From a candidate division KSB3 bacterium (GTDB taxonomy: Bacteria > Moduliflexota > Moduliflexia > Moduliflexales > Moduliflexaceae), in contig PDSJ01000010.1 in assembly GCA_002748425.1 (NCBI GenBank), positions 35,841 through 99,840 on the forward strand: a stretch of DNA of 64,000 nt. The letters are read 5' to 3'. Positions within the stretch are counted from its first letter, which is position 1, and the number at the start of each line of letters is the position of its first letter. The position numbers and the translations under genes were made by a program. Shown here in pieces: positions 26,994-35,873 of this stretch. The notes beneath the pieces were generated by a model that made no database searches, was not told the origin of the DNA, and was given only the letters and a program-made list of their open reading frames with translations.

Positions 26994-28364
26994 ATGAACG
27001 TATTTCTGACGATAACACCGTGCTGGACCAAAAAACTTGTTCGACAGCTTCTCCCGGGGATCGTTTTCGCCGTTCTGCTGATCAGGCTGCCTCTGACAGC
27101 CTGCGCCGCCCAAGTCTATACCATTCCGATCAAAGGTCCGATCGATCGCGGATTCGCGTCCTATGTGCTGCGTGTCCTGGAACACGTCGGCAATGCAGAC
27201 GCTGTTATCCTGGACCTCAATACCCCGGGAGGACTTGTGGACGAAGCCCTCCAAATTCGAGACGCCCTCGTGAGCACTGAGATCACGACAATCGCCTACA
27301 TTAACAAACGCGCGATTTCGGCTGGTGCGTTGATCGCCCTTGCTGCGGACCATATTGTGATGAGTCCTGCTTCGTCAATCGGGGCTTCAACACCGATTCA
27401 GATCGATCTGTCCGGACAGGGCAGACCGGTCAGTGAAAAATATTTGTCCTATTTTCGAGCGGAAATGCGTTCAACTGCCGAAGAAAAAGGCCGACGCGGC
27501 GACATTGCCGAAGCCATGGTGGATGCGGCCATTGCAATCGACGGCGTAACTGAATCAGGCAAGCTCCTGACTTTGACCACTGATGAAGCCTTGAGCTATG
27601 AAATCGCCGAAGCCCGGATCAGCAGCTTGTCTGGAGTATTGGAGCGCTTCGACCTGAAAGGGGCTGAAATCGTAACGCCCGGCAGGAACTGGGCTGAACA
27701 ATCGGTCCGCGTCCTGACTCATCCAGCTATCAGCATCATTCTCATGGCCGCAGGCTTTCTGGGCCTCTTTCTCGAATTCAAAACTCCTGGGTTCGGGCTC
27801 GGCGGGATTGTCGGGGCGATCTGTCTGGCACTCTTTTTCTGGGGCCATTTCCTGATCCGCCTTGCCGGCTGGGAGGAGCTGATTTTGTTCAGCGCCGGCG
27901 TGATTCTCCTGATGCTGGAAATATTCGTCATCCCCGGATTTGGCCTGGCCGGCATTCTCGGTATTCTTGCCATCTTTGCCGCTCTGGCCCTGGCCATGGT
28001 CGGCCGTTTTGACCTGCTTACCATTCAGGATATTGTGCGCACAGCCTTAGCACGGGTGTTAATCGCTTTTCTGGGCAGCGCAATCCTCTCGATCATGCTG
28101 CTCAAGTTTTTTCCGGGAACCGCTATGGGCAGACGGATTCTCCTGGAAGAGAGTGAAGAAGGCTTTGTGGCTCAAAAGCCTGACCGCTCCGGCCTGATCG
28201 GAAAAATCGGCGTTGCGCTCACCCCTTTGCATCCTTCAGGAACCATGCTGCTGGGGCACACACGCTATGATGTCGTCAGTGAAGGCGGCTTTATCGACAA
28301 AGATCGCCGCATCGTTGTGCTAGACGTAGAAGGCGTGCGAATTATCGTACGAGAACATGAATAA
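26994..28364 (+). CDS. nfeD: Long-form NfeD (ClpP-like protease domain + transmembrane region + OB fold)
   Basis: LNTPGG, AISAGALIAL, IAEAMVD, LLTLT..EA, PGFG repeats, LTPLHPSG. Confidence 0.92.
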   Translation: MNVFLTITPCWTKKLVRQLLPGIVFAVLLIRLPLTACAAQVYTIPIKGPIDRGFASYVLRVLEHVGNADAVILDLNTPGGLVDEALQIRDALVSTEITTIAYINKRAISAGALIALAADHIVMSPASSIGASTPIQIDLSGQGRPVSEKYLSYFRAEMRSTAEEKGRRGDIAEAMVDAAIAIDGVTESGKLLTLTTDEALSYEIAEARISSLSGVLERFDLKGAEIVTPGRNWAEQSVRVLTHPAISIILMAAGFLGLFLEFKTPGFGLGGIVGAICLALFFWGHFLIRLAGWEELILFSAGVILLMLEIFVIPGFGLAGILGILAIFAALALAMVGRFDLLTIQDIVRTALARVLIAFLGSAILSIMLLKFFPGTAMGRRILLEESEEGFVAQKPDRSGLIGKIGVALTPLHPSGTMLLGHTRYDVVSEGGFIDKDRRIVVLDVEGVRIIVREHE

Positions 28365-28392
28365 CAGATAGACCAACAGGAGGGAACTCGAT

Positions 28393-29424
28393 ATGGGATT
28401 TGAAGTTGGAGGAGTTGTACTGATTGCCCTGATTATTATTGGATTTTTCATTTTTTTGTCAGTAGTACCTTTAGGCTTATGGTTTACAGCCCTGTTTGCA
28501 GGTGCGCCCGTGGGATTGTTCAAACTGGTGGGAATGCGTTTGCGCCGCGTTCCGCCGAAATTGATCGTCAAACAATATATCACGTCTCGGAAAGCCGGCT
28601 TAGGCATCACAACAAACGATCTGGAAACGCATTATCTGGCTGCCGGCGGAAACCGCGATGCCGAGTTTCATGTGACTCAGGTCGTCAACGCAATGATCTC
28701 GGCTGATAAAGCCGGTATTGAGCTGGATTTCAAAACCGCGACCGCGATCGATCTGGCCGGACGCGACGTGCTGGAAGCCGTGCAGATGAGCGTGAAGCCG
28801 AAGATTATCACCACGCCGAAAATTGCTGCGGTCGCCAAAGACGGCATCCAGTTGACCGCGATCTCCCGGGTGACTGTGCGGGCGATGATCGAGCGTCTGG
28901 TCGGCGGCGCCGGCGAAGACACCATTGTTGCCAGAGTCGGCGAAGGAATCGTCACGACTATCGGCTCAGCCTCCAGTCATAAAGATGTGCTGGAAAACCC
29001 GGACCTGATTTCCAAACGTGTGCTCGAAAAAGGCCTGGATCACGGAACAGCCTTTGAAATTCTCTCCATTGATATTGCCGACGTGGATGTGGGCAATAAT
29101 ATCGGCGCCAAACTGCAAACCGCGCAAGCCGAAGCCGATAAAAAAATCGCTCAGGCCAAAGCTGAAAGCCGCCGGGCTATGGCCGTGGCCCAGGAACAGG
29201 AAATGAAAGCCAACGCCCAGGCCATGCGCGCCAAAGTCATCGAGGCCGAAGCCGAGGTCCCGTTGGCAATGTCGCAAGCCTTGCGGGAAGGCAGAATCGG
29301 GGTGATGGATTATTACAATCTGAAAAATACCGTCGCTGATACAGATATGCGCCAGTCAATTTCGGACATGGGCCGCGCTGAAGCCCAGCAACAGCGGCAC
29401 GACCACGACCGGGAAGATCGCTAA
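28393..29424 (+). CDS. floA: Flotillin-like protein FloA (YqfA)
   Basis: [50 protein letters not shown]. Confidence 0.95.
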   Translation: MGFEVGGVVLIALIIIGFFIFLSVVPLGLWFTALFAGAPVGLFKLVGMRLRRVPPKLIVKQYITSRKAGLGITTNDLETHYLAAGGNRDAEFHVTQVVNAMISADKAGIELDFKTATAIDLAGRDVLEAVQMSVKPKIITTPKIAAVAKDGIQLTAISRVTVRAMIERLVGGAGEDTIVARVGEGIVTTIGSASSHKDVLENPDLISKRVLEKGLDHGTAFEILSIDIADVDVGNNIGAKLQTAQAEADKKIAQAKAESRRAMAVAQEQEMKANAQAMRAKVIEAEAEVPLAMSQALREGRIGVMDYYNLKNTVADTDMRQSISDMGRAEAQQQRHDHDREDR

Positions 29425-29463
29425 ACACCGCCTTCGGCACGATCAGCAGGAGGACCCGTTGTT

Positions 29464-29922
29464 ATGAATGGATTGTTTTATCTCATCGTTGTATATCTGA
29501 TTTTCTCCAGCTTTGGCAGCGTTGTTAAAAAGCTCCAGCAGCAAACTTCCAGCCAGCAGCCGGCCCACAAGTCCTCAGAGCCGCAACTGGATACAGCGCG
29601 CGAAGACGCTCATCTGCCTGAGGCGGCTCTTAAGCTTGAACTTGATGAAAGCGTAATATATCAGGCGCAAGACAGTGCAGACCCTCATCTCTGCGAGGGA
29701 ACTCTCGACCCTGAGGATGATGAAATCGCATTTCACGCGCAAGACGTTTCAGTGGAAGCGATTCCTGAGCTTGTGCCCCAGCCGCCAGCAGGGTCCGCGA
29801 AAAAGCGCCCTCATGCGCTGTCATGGCTGCCTCTTGATGGTCCGAACTCGCTCAAAGGCATCGTGCTTGCCGAGATCCTTGGCCCGCCTGTCAGCCGGCG
29901 CTCGCACAGCACACGCAACTAA
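29464..29922 (+). CDS. Membrane-anchored hypothetical protein (YqfB-like position)
   Basis: N-terminal TM helix, acidic low-complexity middle, C-terminal GIVLAEILGPPVS; AGGAGG RBS. Confidence 0.75.
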   Translation: MNGLFYLIVVYLIFSSFGSVVKKLQQQTSSQQPAHKSSEPQLDTAREDAHLPEAALKLELDESVIYQAQDSADPHLCEGTLDPEDDEIAFHAQDVSVEAIPELVPQPPAGSAKKRPHALSWLPLDGPNSLKGIVLAEILGPPVSRRSHSTRN

Positions 29923-29951
29923 GCTCTGTCTGCCTGAGCATCGACGCACCC

Positions 29952-29985
29952 GAGCGTCTTGCGCGCAGAGAGGCGCAAGACGCTC
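29952..29985. terminator. Perfect 13-bp hairpin between convergent genes
   Basis: GAGCGTCTTGCGC-8 nt-GCGCAAGACGCTC; no U tract. Confidence 0.55.
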
Positions 29986-29997
29986 AGCGCTCCGGAC

Positions 29998-30522
29998 TCA
30001 TGTCTTGTCATGTGGCCAGCGCTCGTCATAAATCAGCGTATGCAGATCTTTACGCGTTTTGGGACCAGCCGTGTCAGCCGGATAGCCGAGCGGCGTAAAG
30101 GCGATCGGTTCGACTTCCTCTGGCAAGGCCAGAAACGCGCGGGCAGCAGCCACGTCAAAAGCGCCGATCCAGCAGCTTCCAAGTCCTTCATTGGCAGCAG
30201 CCAGGATCAGATGATCCATCACAATCGCCACATCAACGTCATTGTAATTTTTGCCGTCTCTGCGGACCCAGTTCTCCTGCGGCAGACCGCAAGCGCACAA
30301 AAGCAGCGGCGCCTGCGTAAACCAGGGCTGGGCATAGATTGCGCTCAGGGCCCTTTCCCTGCCGGCTGTGTGAATCAGGATCAATCGAAAACTCTGACGG
30401 TTTGCAGCAGTCGGAGCCAGTCTGGCGGCGTCGAGAATTCTCTGCAATTTGTCAGCGTCAACAGGGTCAGACTTATACGCCCGCACGCTGTAACGCGCTC
30501 TAAGAAGATCGTTAAATTCCAT
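29998..30522 (-). CDS. Nitroreductase family protein
   Basis: RYSVRAY, APTAANRQ, GLGSCWIGAF; ATG 30522 after AAGGAG. Confidence 0.92.
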   Translation of the reverse strand: MEFNDLLRARYSVRAYKSDPVDADKLQRILDAARLAPTAANRQSFRLILIHTAGRERALSAIYAQPWFTQAPLLLCACGLPQENWVRRDGKNYNDVDVAIVMDHLILAAANEGLGSCWIGAFDVAAARAFLALPEEVEPIAFTPLGYPADTAGPKTRKDLHTLIYDERWPHDKT

Positions 30523-30673
30523 ACAAAAACGCTCCTTGTGTTCATTGCACGATCTGAGGTGCCGGTTCATGAAGAGATCGGTTCGCTGAAACAGGTTCTG
30601 CTCTCTTGTCACACAAGCAGGCTGATTAGCCGCAGAACTCAGTACTGCGCGGCATTGCCTCAAAAAAAATTTC

Positions 30674-30691
30674 GCCGGGCTCACGCCCGGC
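30674..30691 (-). other. GC hairpin downstream of the NACHT-DUF1566 gene (possible DGR cis stem-loop or terminator)
   Basis: GCCGGGC-GTGA-GCCCGGC followed by GAAA and T8 on the minus strand. Confidence 0.6.
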
Positions 30692-30738
30692 CCGCTAAAA
30701 AACCTCAAATGAATCAACGCGCCAAAGATTCAAACAGG

Positions 30739-32913
30739 TCAGGAACGAACACACCGAACGTAGCCGCCGTACTGGAAGTAGCCCCAGTGCACGCCGCCGC
30801 CGCTGAAATTGACGCCCCACGCCGACCCCGACGAAGCTGCCACGCGGTCGGCGCTCCAGCACCAAAGCTGCCTTACATCAAAGATCGGATCGATGTAGAG
30901 TCCACTCGACGACCTCTCCGGGTCCAGCAGCGAGAGCAACTCTGGTATCGTTGGCAAGCGCCAGTCCGCAAAGCCGCCCCAGTTGACAGCATTCAGACCC
31001 TCAACATAGTCCGCAGCCTGCGCATAGCTTAGCCTCTCCGAGGACCCGGACTGCTGCCAGATCAGGCCGGTCGCACGGTCCAGGACCACATCGCCCTGGC
31101 GCTCGTACTGATTGTGGATGTACGCCAGCGGCCGCCACGCTGAATCCAGTTCAAAAATCCGCTCAAACTCTTCTGTCGAGACCGACTGCGCTGCGCTGCG
31201 CAAGTGAAGATCAGGAAGCTCTTCCAAGGCTCTCTTCAGCGCTTCCCGCAGGTCAGGATCGACCGTTAATGCTTCTTCCGCAATATTGCCGCCCAGCTTC
31301 AATGCGCCTGCGGTGCCCAGGTCCATACAGGTCCGTATCAACGGGCTTGCGTCTGCGACTTGCGCAGCATAGAGACGCAAGACCTCATGCCACCAATCGT
31401 CATGAATCGCAGCCCGCCAATCCTGTTCATCAGAGGAACGCTCCTTCCAGGACGCAGCGCACAAATATTCCTGAAAGGTCAGATGCGCAAAGCCCCAGAC
31501 CCCACTTTCCTGCTCCAGCAGCAGGCCGCTTTCGTCCTGCAGTTTTGTCAGAAAATCCAAGACCTTCTCCTGACCCACGCGTTTCAAATGCGGGTCCATG
31601 AGCGCCTGCAGCTCTTCAAACGGCAGGGTCCTGAGCTGGCGCGCCATCATACTTTCAGCTACAGGATACAAGACCGCCCGTTTCTGGGCAGCGCTCAACT
31701 CGTCGTCAATGCCTTTGGCGCTCTGCCAGTGCTCCAGGAGCACATCACAAATCTCAGCATAAAGCTCCACCCGGCGTTTAGGCAGGGCCCCGCGATAGTT
31801 ATGCACATTTGCAATCATGGTCAGCAGCAGCGGATTCACAGTGAGTTTTTCCAAAGCCGGCTGTGTGCGCAAACGCTCCAGCAAGTCGTCAGCCTCCAGA
31901 TCTGCATCACGTTGTATGCCAGGATCATCGATGTCTGAAGAGAGTATCATGGTGGCCAGATACCAGTTGCGCACAAAACGCTCAGCCTGCTCAGAGCTGA
32001 ACGGCAGCACTTCCAGGACCTGAGCCCGGTTCAGCGGCGTCTCAACATAGCCTTTTGGCCGGGCTGTCAAGACAAAACAGCAGTTCGGATAGGCGACGAT
32101 TTGGCGGTCCACCCATTTGACAACGCTGTTCCGCAGCGTTTCCGCGACTTCGTCCAGGCCATCCAGCAGCACGAGACAGCGCCCGGCCCTGAGCTGCTTC
32201 TGAAACCAGGTCGCAGGCGGCTCCAATTCCGGATAGCGTTTTGGGTTGGCAAAATGGGCCTGCGCCAGCTCTGCCAGAGTTGGAGATTCATCATGAATGG
32301 TCCGGGCGTGCTCTCGTAAGAAGAGCAAAATCGGCACAAAGGCACGGAGATGGTAGCGGCGCTGCTTGTTGCCTGCAAAGGTCAGCGCCAGATACTTCAG
32401 CAGCGTGCTTTTCCCGCAACCGGGCGGGCCCAGAATCGCCAGCGCCACTGCCTTCTGGCTTTTGAGGCGCTGCAGAAACGTCCATACCGTCTGGCTGCCG
32501 GGCAGCGATTTGGCCTCCAGAGGATTGGAGCTGACCTGCGAGGCATGGCTGGGCGCAAGCTGCAGATCAACAAAGACCTTGGTCAACGCGAGCTGCGCCC
32601 GCGCAGGAGTGCGCAGACCACGTGTGCCAATCCCCCGGTGGTCGTATGTCACATGCTTTTTATAGCGTTTCCGAAAACCGGAAAATGCGTTGAGGATACT
32701 GGTTTTGATCCAGTCTGTCAGCGCTTTCACCACATCTGGCTTGAGTGCTTCCCACACATCCCGGCCCACAAAACCCCAGACAAAGATCAGCAGCTCATAA
32801 CTGCCAGCCAGGATCACGGCTGCGAGCGGCTGTTGCCGCCAGAGCAGCGCAGGGGCAAAGAGCGGGATTTGCGAGCACAACAACAGCACGGACTTTTTGA
32901 ACGTCTCCCCCAT
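30739..32913 (-). CDS. NACHT NTPase with N-terminal hydrophobic helices and C-terminal DUF1566 (Lcl-C, C-type-lectin-like) domain
   Basis: GPPGCGKST, LVLLDGLDEV, NPLLL, FAHLTFQEYL; DRATGLIWQQ, DWRLPTIPEL, YVRCVR. Confidence 0.88.
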   Translation of the reverse strand: MGETFKKSVLLLCSQIPLFAPALLWRQQPLAAVILAGSYELLIFVWGFVGRDVWEALKPDVVKALTDWIKTSILNAFSGFRKRYKKHVTYDHRGIGTRGLRTPARAQLALTKVFVDLQLAPSHASQVSSNPLEAKSLPGSQTVWTFLQRLKSQKAVALAILGPPGCGKSTLLKYLALTFAGNKQRRYHLRAFVPILLFLREHARTIHDESPTLAELAQAHFANPKRYPELEPPATWFQKQLRAGRCLVLLDGLDEVAETLRNSVVKWVDRQIVAYPNCCFVLTARPKGYVETPLNRAQVLEVLPFSSEQAERFVRNWYLATMILSSDIDDPGIQRDADLEADDLLERLRTQPALEKLTVNPLLLTMIANVHNYRGALPKRRVELYAEICDVLLEHWQSAKGIDDELSAAQKRAVLYPVAESMMARQLRTLPFEELQALMDPHLKRVGQEKVLDFLTKLQDESGLLLEQESGVWGFAHLTFQEYLCAASWKERSSDEQDWRAAIHDDWWHEVLRLYAAQVADASPLIRTCMDLGTAGALKLGGNIAEEALTVDPDLREALKRALEELPDLHLRSAAQSVSTEEFERIFELDSAWRPLAYIHNQYERQGDVVLDRATGLIWQQSGSSERLSYAQAADYVEGLNAVNWGGFADWRLPTIPELLSLLDPERSSSGLYIDPIFDVRQLWCWSADRVAASSGSAWGVNFSGGGVHWGYFQYGGYVRCVRS

Positions 32914-33052
32914 TCCCTCCTCCTCTTTCTCAACACACGCTTCAGTCCTCTTCTCGGCTCGGCCGCATGCCGTCACATAAAAGCGCTCTGCACAATTCCG
33001 CCTTTTTCCCGCAAGACATCATGTTCTTCGCATTCCCGCCGCTTTAACCGTT

Positions 33053-33934
33053 TCAAGAGCTGCGCTGGAATTGGTACGATAAATAGACAGCCACTCCAAG
33101 CCCTTTTGCGTATTGAGTCACTCCAGGTTCGCTCTCCATGTGGGCAACGATGACCGGAAAGATGCTTTGGCCGTCTGTTTCGAACTGTCGGATACGCTTA
33201 TTGAGAAACTGATCGACATACTTTCGAGAAAGCTGAAGCTTGCTCTCTCCTATCAAGAGGATCGCTTCTCCAGCGCGCTTGGCCTGGCCCAGGATATTGA
33301 TTTCCATCATGACTCCCTTTTTATTCCTCAACCAATCGCGACGCAAGGGTTCCGTCAGCTCGATTCCCCAATCCCGGAAGAGTAAATCAGGCAAAAAACG
33401 ATAGGCTTCATTTTCAAGCGTGTAGCCGACTGTCATATTCAGGCCGCCCAACTGCTTATTATTCTGATCCAGACGTTTTGAAAGCTGTAATATGCTCTTT
33501 TCCGTACGTTTCTGGGCTTCTGCCAGCTCATCAACACGGATTTCCGTACGCTTTTGAGCCTCTGCCAGCTCTTCAAGGCGGAGTTCCGTGCGTTTCTGGG
33601 CTTCAGCCAGCTCTTCAAGGCGGACTTCCGTGCGTTTCTGGGCTTCTGCCAGCTCTTCAACACGGATTTCTGTACGTTTCTGGGCTTCTGCCAGCTCTTC
33701 AACACGGAGTTCCGTGCGTTTCTGAGCTTCAGCCAGCTCATCAAGGCGGATTTCCGTACGCTTTTGAGCCTCTGCCAGATCTTTTACGACATCTTTTAAA
33801 TCGGAGAATTCTTCTTTTGTGACGCTGTTACGCAGTTCTTCGTACATTGACGACATCACATTGACAAGCTTCCGCGCAGTCTGCGCTTCCATGGTCTTGG
33901 AGAGATCGTCATAAATCTGCAGGGTATCGAACAT
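33053..33934 (-). CDS. Coiled-coil repeat protein with PD-(D/E)XK-like C-terminus
   Basis: Seven LAEAQKRTE units, LGGL..TVGY.LE, EINILG..IGESK. Confidence 0.75.
   Translation of the reverse strand: MFDTLQIYDDLSKTMEAQTARKLVNVMSSMYEELRNSVTKEEFSDLKDVVKDLAEAQKRTEIRLDELAEAQKRTELRVEELAEAQKRTEIRVEELAEAQKRTEVRLEELAEAQKRTELRLEELAEAQKRTEIRVDELAEAQKRTEKSILQLSKRLDQNNKQLGGLNMTVGYTLENEAYRFLPDLLFRDWGIELTEPLRRDWLRNKKGVMMEINILGQAKRAGEAILLIGESKLQLSRKYVDQFLNKRIRQFETDGQSIFPVIVAHMESEPGVTQYAKGLGVAVYLSYQFQRSS
33500..33781 (-). repeat. 42-bp in-frame tandem repeat, about 6.7 copies
   Basis: [10 protein letters not shown](I/L/V)R(L/V)(D/E) units, near-identical at DNA level. Confidence 0.92.
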
Positions 33935-34085
33935 CTTTTTATCTCCAAATCTTGAAATTTTTGTCTTCTGAAAAACAGGGCCAGGGAGCCACAAAAAAAG
34001 TCATGACGCTGTCTTGCTTCGTCAAGTTTTTTCTGAACAGAAGGAGAAAGTAGAAAAAAAAGCCGCTGACGGCCTGAATTTCTCC

Positions 34086-34114
34086 TTGACAGAACTTCGG
34101 GCCATTATTATCTT
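34086..34114 (+). promoter_or_regulatory. Putative sigma70 promoter of the tRNA
   Basis: TTGACA-17 nt-TATCTT, ending 15 nt before the tRNA. Confidence 0.6.
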
Positions 34115-34129
34115 TGTCTTTGAAGACAT

Positions 34130-34204
34130 CGGGGCGTAGCGCAGCCTGGTTAGCGCACTGGTCTGGGGGACCAGGGGTCGGAGGTTCAAATCCTCTCGCC
34201 CCGA
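34130..34204 (+). tRNA. tRNA-Pro(GGG), CCA not encoded
   Basis: CGGGGCG/CGCCCCG acceptor stem, CTGGT-CTGGGGG-ACCAG anticodon arm, GGTTCAAATCC T arm. Confidence 0.96.
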
Positions 34205-34247
34205 TTGAAGATTTTCCTGCCTTGTCTTCTTTTCTGTACTCACGTTC

Positions 34248-34991
34248 TTAGCTATCATGGCTGTGCCCGAACTTTTTCGAAACGATCGCACAGGCCCAGA
34301 TGCTGATTTCATACAAGACGATCAGTGGCCCTGCCAGCAGGGCTTGCGTAAAGATATCCGGCGGGGTCAGGATCGCCCCCAGAACAAATGCTGCGACAAT
34401 CGCGTATTTGCGAAAGCTCCGCAGCATCCCTGGGCTGACAATGCCCATTCTGCTCAGAAAGACTACGATCACCGGGAGCTCGAACACCGCGCCAAAGGCC
34501 AGGATCGTTTTCGTCACAAAAGATACATAGGCGGACACGGAAATGACCGGTTCGATCAGGCTTTCACTGAATCCGAGCAAAAAACGCAGGCCAAAGGGCA
34601 GAATCACCGTATACGCAAACAGACCTCCAAGCAGGAAGAAGATGGTTGCTGTCACGACAAACGGCAGCGCATACCTTTTTTCATTTTCGTACAGCGCGGG
34701 CGCCGTAAAGGCCCAGATTTGATACAGCGTCATTGGGCTGGAGATGACGACTGCGCCGAAAATCGTGAGCTTGAGATGGACCACAAAGGCCTCGGCCGGA
34801 GCCAGCATATACAACTGTTCGGTTATAGGCGACCGGACCAAGAGCAAGAGATTGTTCGACAAGGGATAGAGCGCCAGACAAGATCCGCCCACAGTCGCCA
34901 GCGCGATCGCGATCCGGGAACGCAGCTCTTCCAGATGGCCGGTCAGCGGCATCTTTTTTTCTCCACCAGCCTGCGTCCAAGTCCATTTCAT
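34248..34991 (-). CDS. tatC: Twin-arginine translocase subunit TatC
   Basis: HLEELRSR, YQIWAF.APALY.NEK, FELPV, LTPPD. Confidence 0.95.
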   Translation of the reverse strand: MKWTWTQAGGEKKMPLTGHLEELRSRIAIALATVGGSCLALYPLSNNLLLLVRSPITEQLYMLAPAEAFVVHLKLTIFGAVVISSPMTLYQIWAFTAPALYENEKRYALPFVVTATIFFLLGGLFAYTVILPFGLRFLLGFSESLIEPVISVSAYVSFVTKTILAFGAVFELPVIVVFLSRMGIVSPGMLRSFRKYAIVAAFVLGAILTPPDIFTQALLAGPLIVLYEISIWACAIVSKKFGHSHDS

Positions 34992-35012
34992 ACGCTTTTC
35001 CGTCAGTCTGAC

Positions 35013-35870
35013 TTATCTTCGCTTCCAGTCCACCTTTGCCGGGCCTTTGCCAGCGGCTTTCAGCGCATCTTCAGCGCGCAGCATTCGTCGTTCGACCAGA
35101 CTCAAGTCGATGATCACCTGTTCTGAATCCACAGCCAGCAGCTCTTCATACAATTTCACGGCATCTTGAAAACGTTCGTTTTGTTCGTAGCAAAAGGCCA
35201 GTTCGAGTCTGTTGTCTGTCGAGAGTTGTTCTGGAAGCGCGTTGTCCTGTAACAAGGCTTCATGCAAGGCAATCGCCTGGTTCCAGTCTTCCTGCAAAGC
35301 ATAGATATTGGCGATCTGGAAACGCGCCCGATACGCATACTCACTCTCCGGGTACTGTTCTGCCAGCGTTTCGTATTCAATCAATGCGAGCTGATATTCA
35401 CTCGATTTAAAGTAACATTCAGCAATGGCGAACTGATACTCCGAGGCATCAAGCACGAGATTCGACGCATAGTCCTGAATCAACAAGCGGTAGGCTTCAA
35501 TCCCTTCGAGGCAGCTATTCAGCGAAGTTTCATAGATATGTCCGATCAGTTTCAGCGCTTCTAAAGAATATTTTCCGGGATCGCTTTGAGCGTATAAATC
35601 CTGAAGATGTTTCAGGGCCTTGCGCGGCTGTTTCATCTTGTACAAATAGATCTTCCCAAGCTCGTAGCGGGCCTTACGACTCAGATTATGATCCGGATAC
35701 TTCTCCAGAATCCGTTCGAACAATTTGACCGCTTTCTCATGCTCTTCATGGCGGTAGGCGGTCATGGCCTTCTGATACAGGTCTTTCATATCTTCCCTGC
35801 AAGACGTCAGGCTCATGGAAAGACTCACAATCACTCCCAGTAATAGGTAAGGACATGAAGAATGTTTCAT
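35013..35870 (-). CDS. TPR-repeat lipoprotein (BamD/CpoB-like)
   Basis: Lipobox LTSC, multiple TPRs with YP turns. Confidence 0.75.
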   Translation of the reverse strand: MKHSSCPYLLLGVIVSLSMSLTSCREDMKDLYQKAMTAYRHEEHEKAVKLFERILEKYPDHNLSRKARYELGKIYLYKMKQPRKALKHLQDLYAQSDPGKYSLEALKLIGHIYETSLNSCLEGIEAYRLLIQDYASNLVLDASEYQFAIAECYFKSSEYQLALIEYETLAEQYPESEYAYRARFQIANIYALQEDWNQAIALHEALLQDNALPEQLSTDNRLELAFCYEQNERFQDAVKLYEELLAVDSEQVIIDLSLVERRMLRAEDALKAAGKGPAKVDWKRR

Positions 35871-35873
35871 GGT

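Noticed and set aside
33500-33781. Regular repeats as a CRISPR array
   Set aside because: Contiguous in-frame coding repeats without unique spacers; no cas genes
34130-34250. tRNA-Pro as an integration site for an island
   Set aside because: No duplicated tRNA 3' end or integrase seen; tatC follows directly
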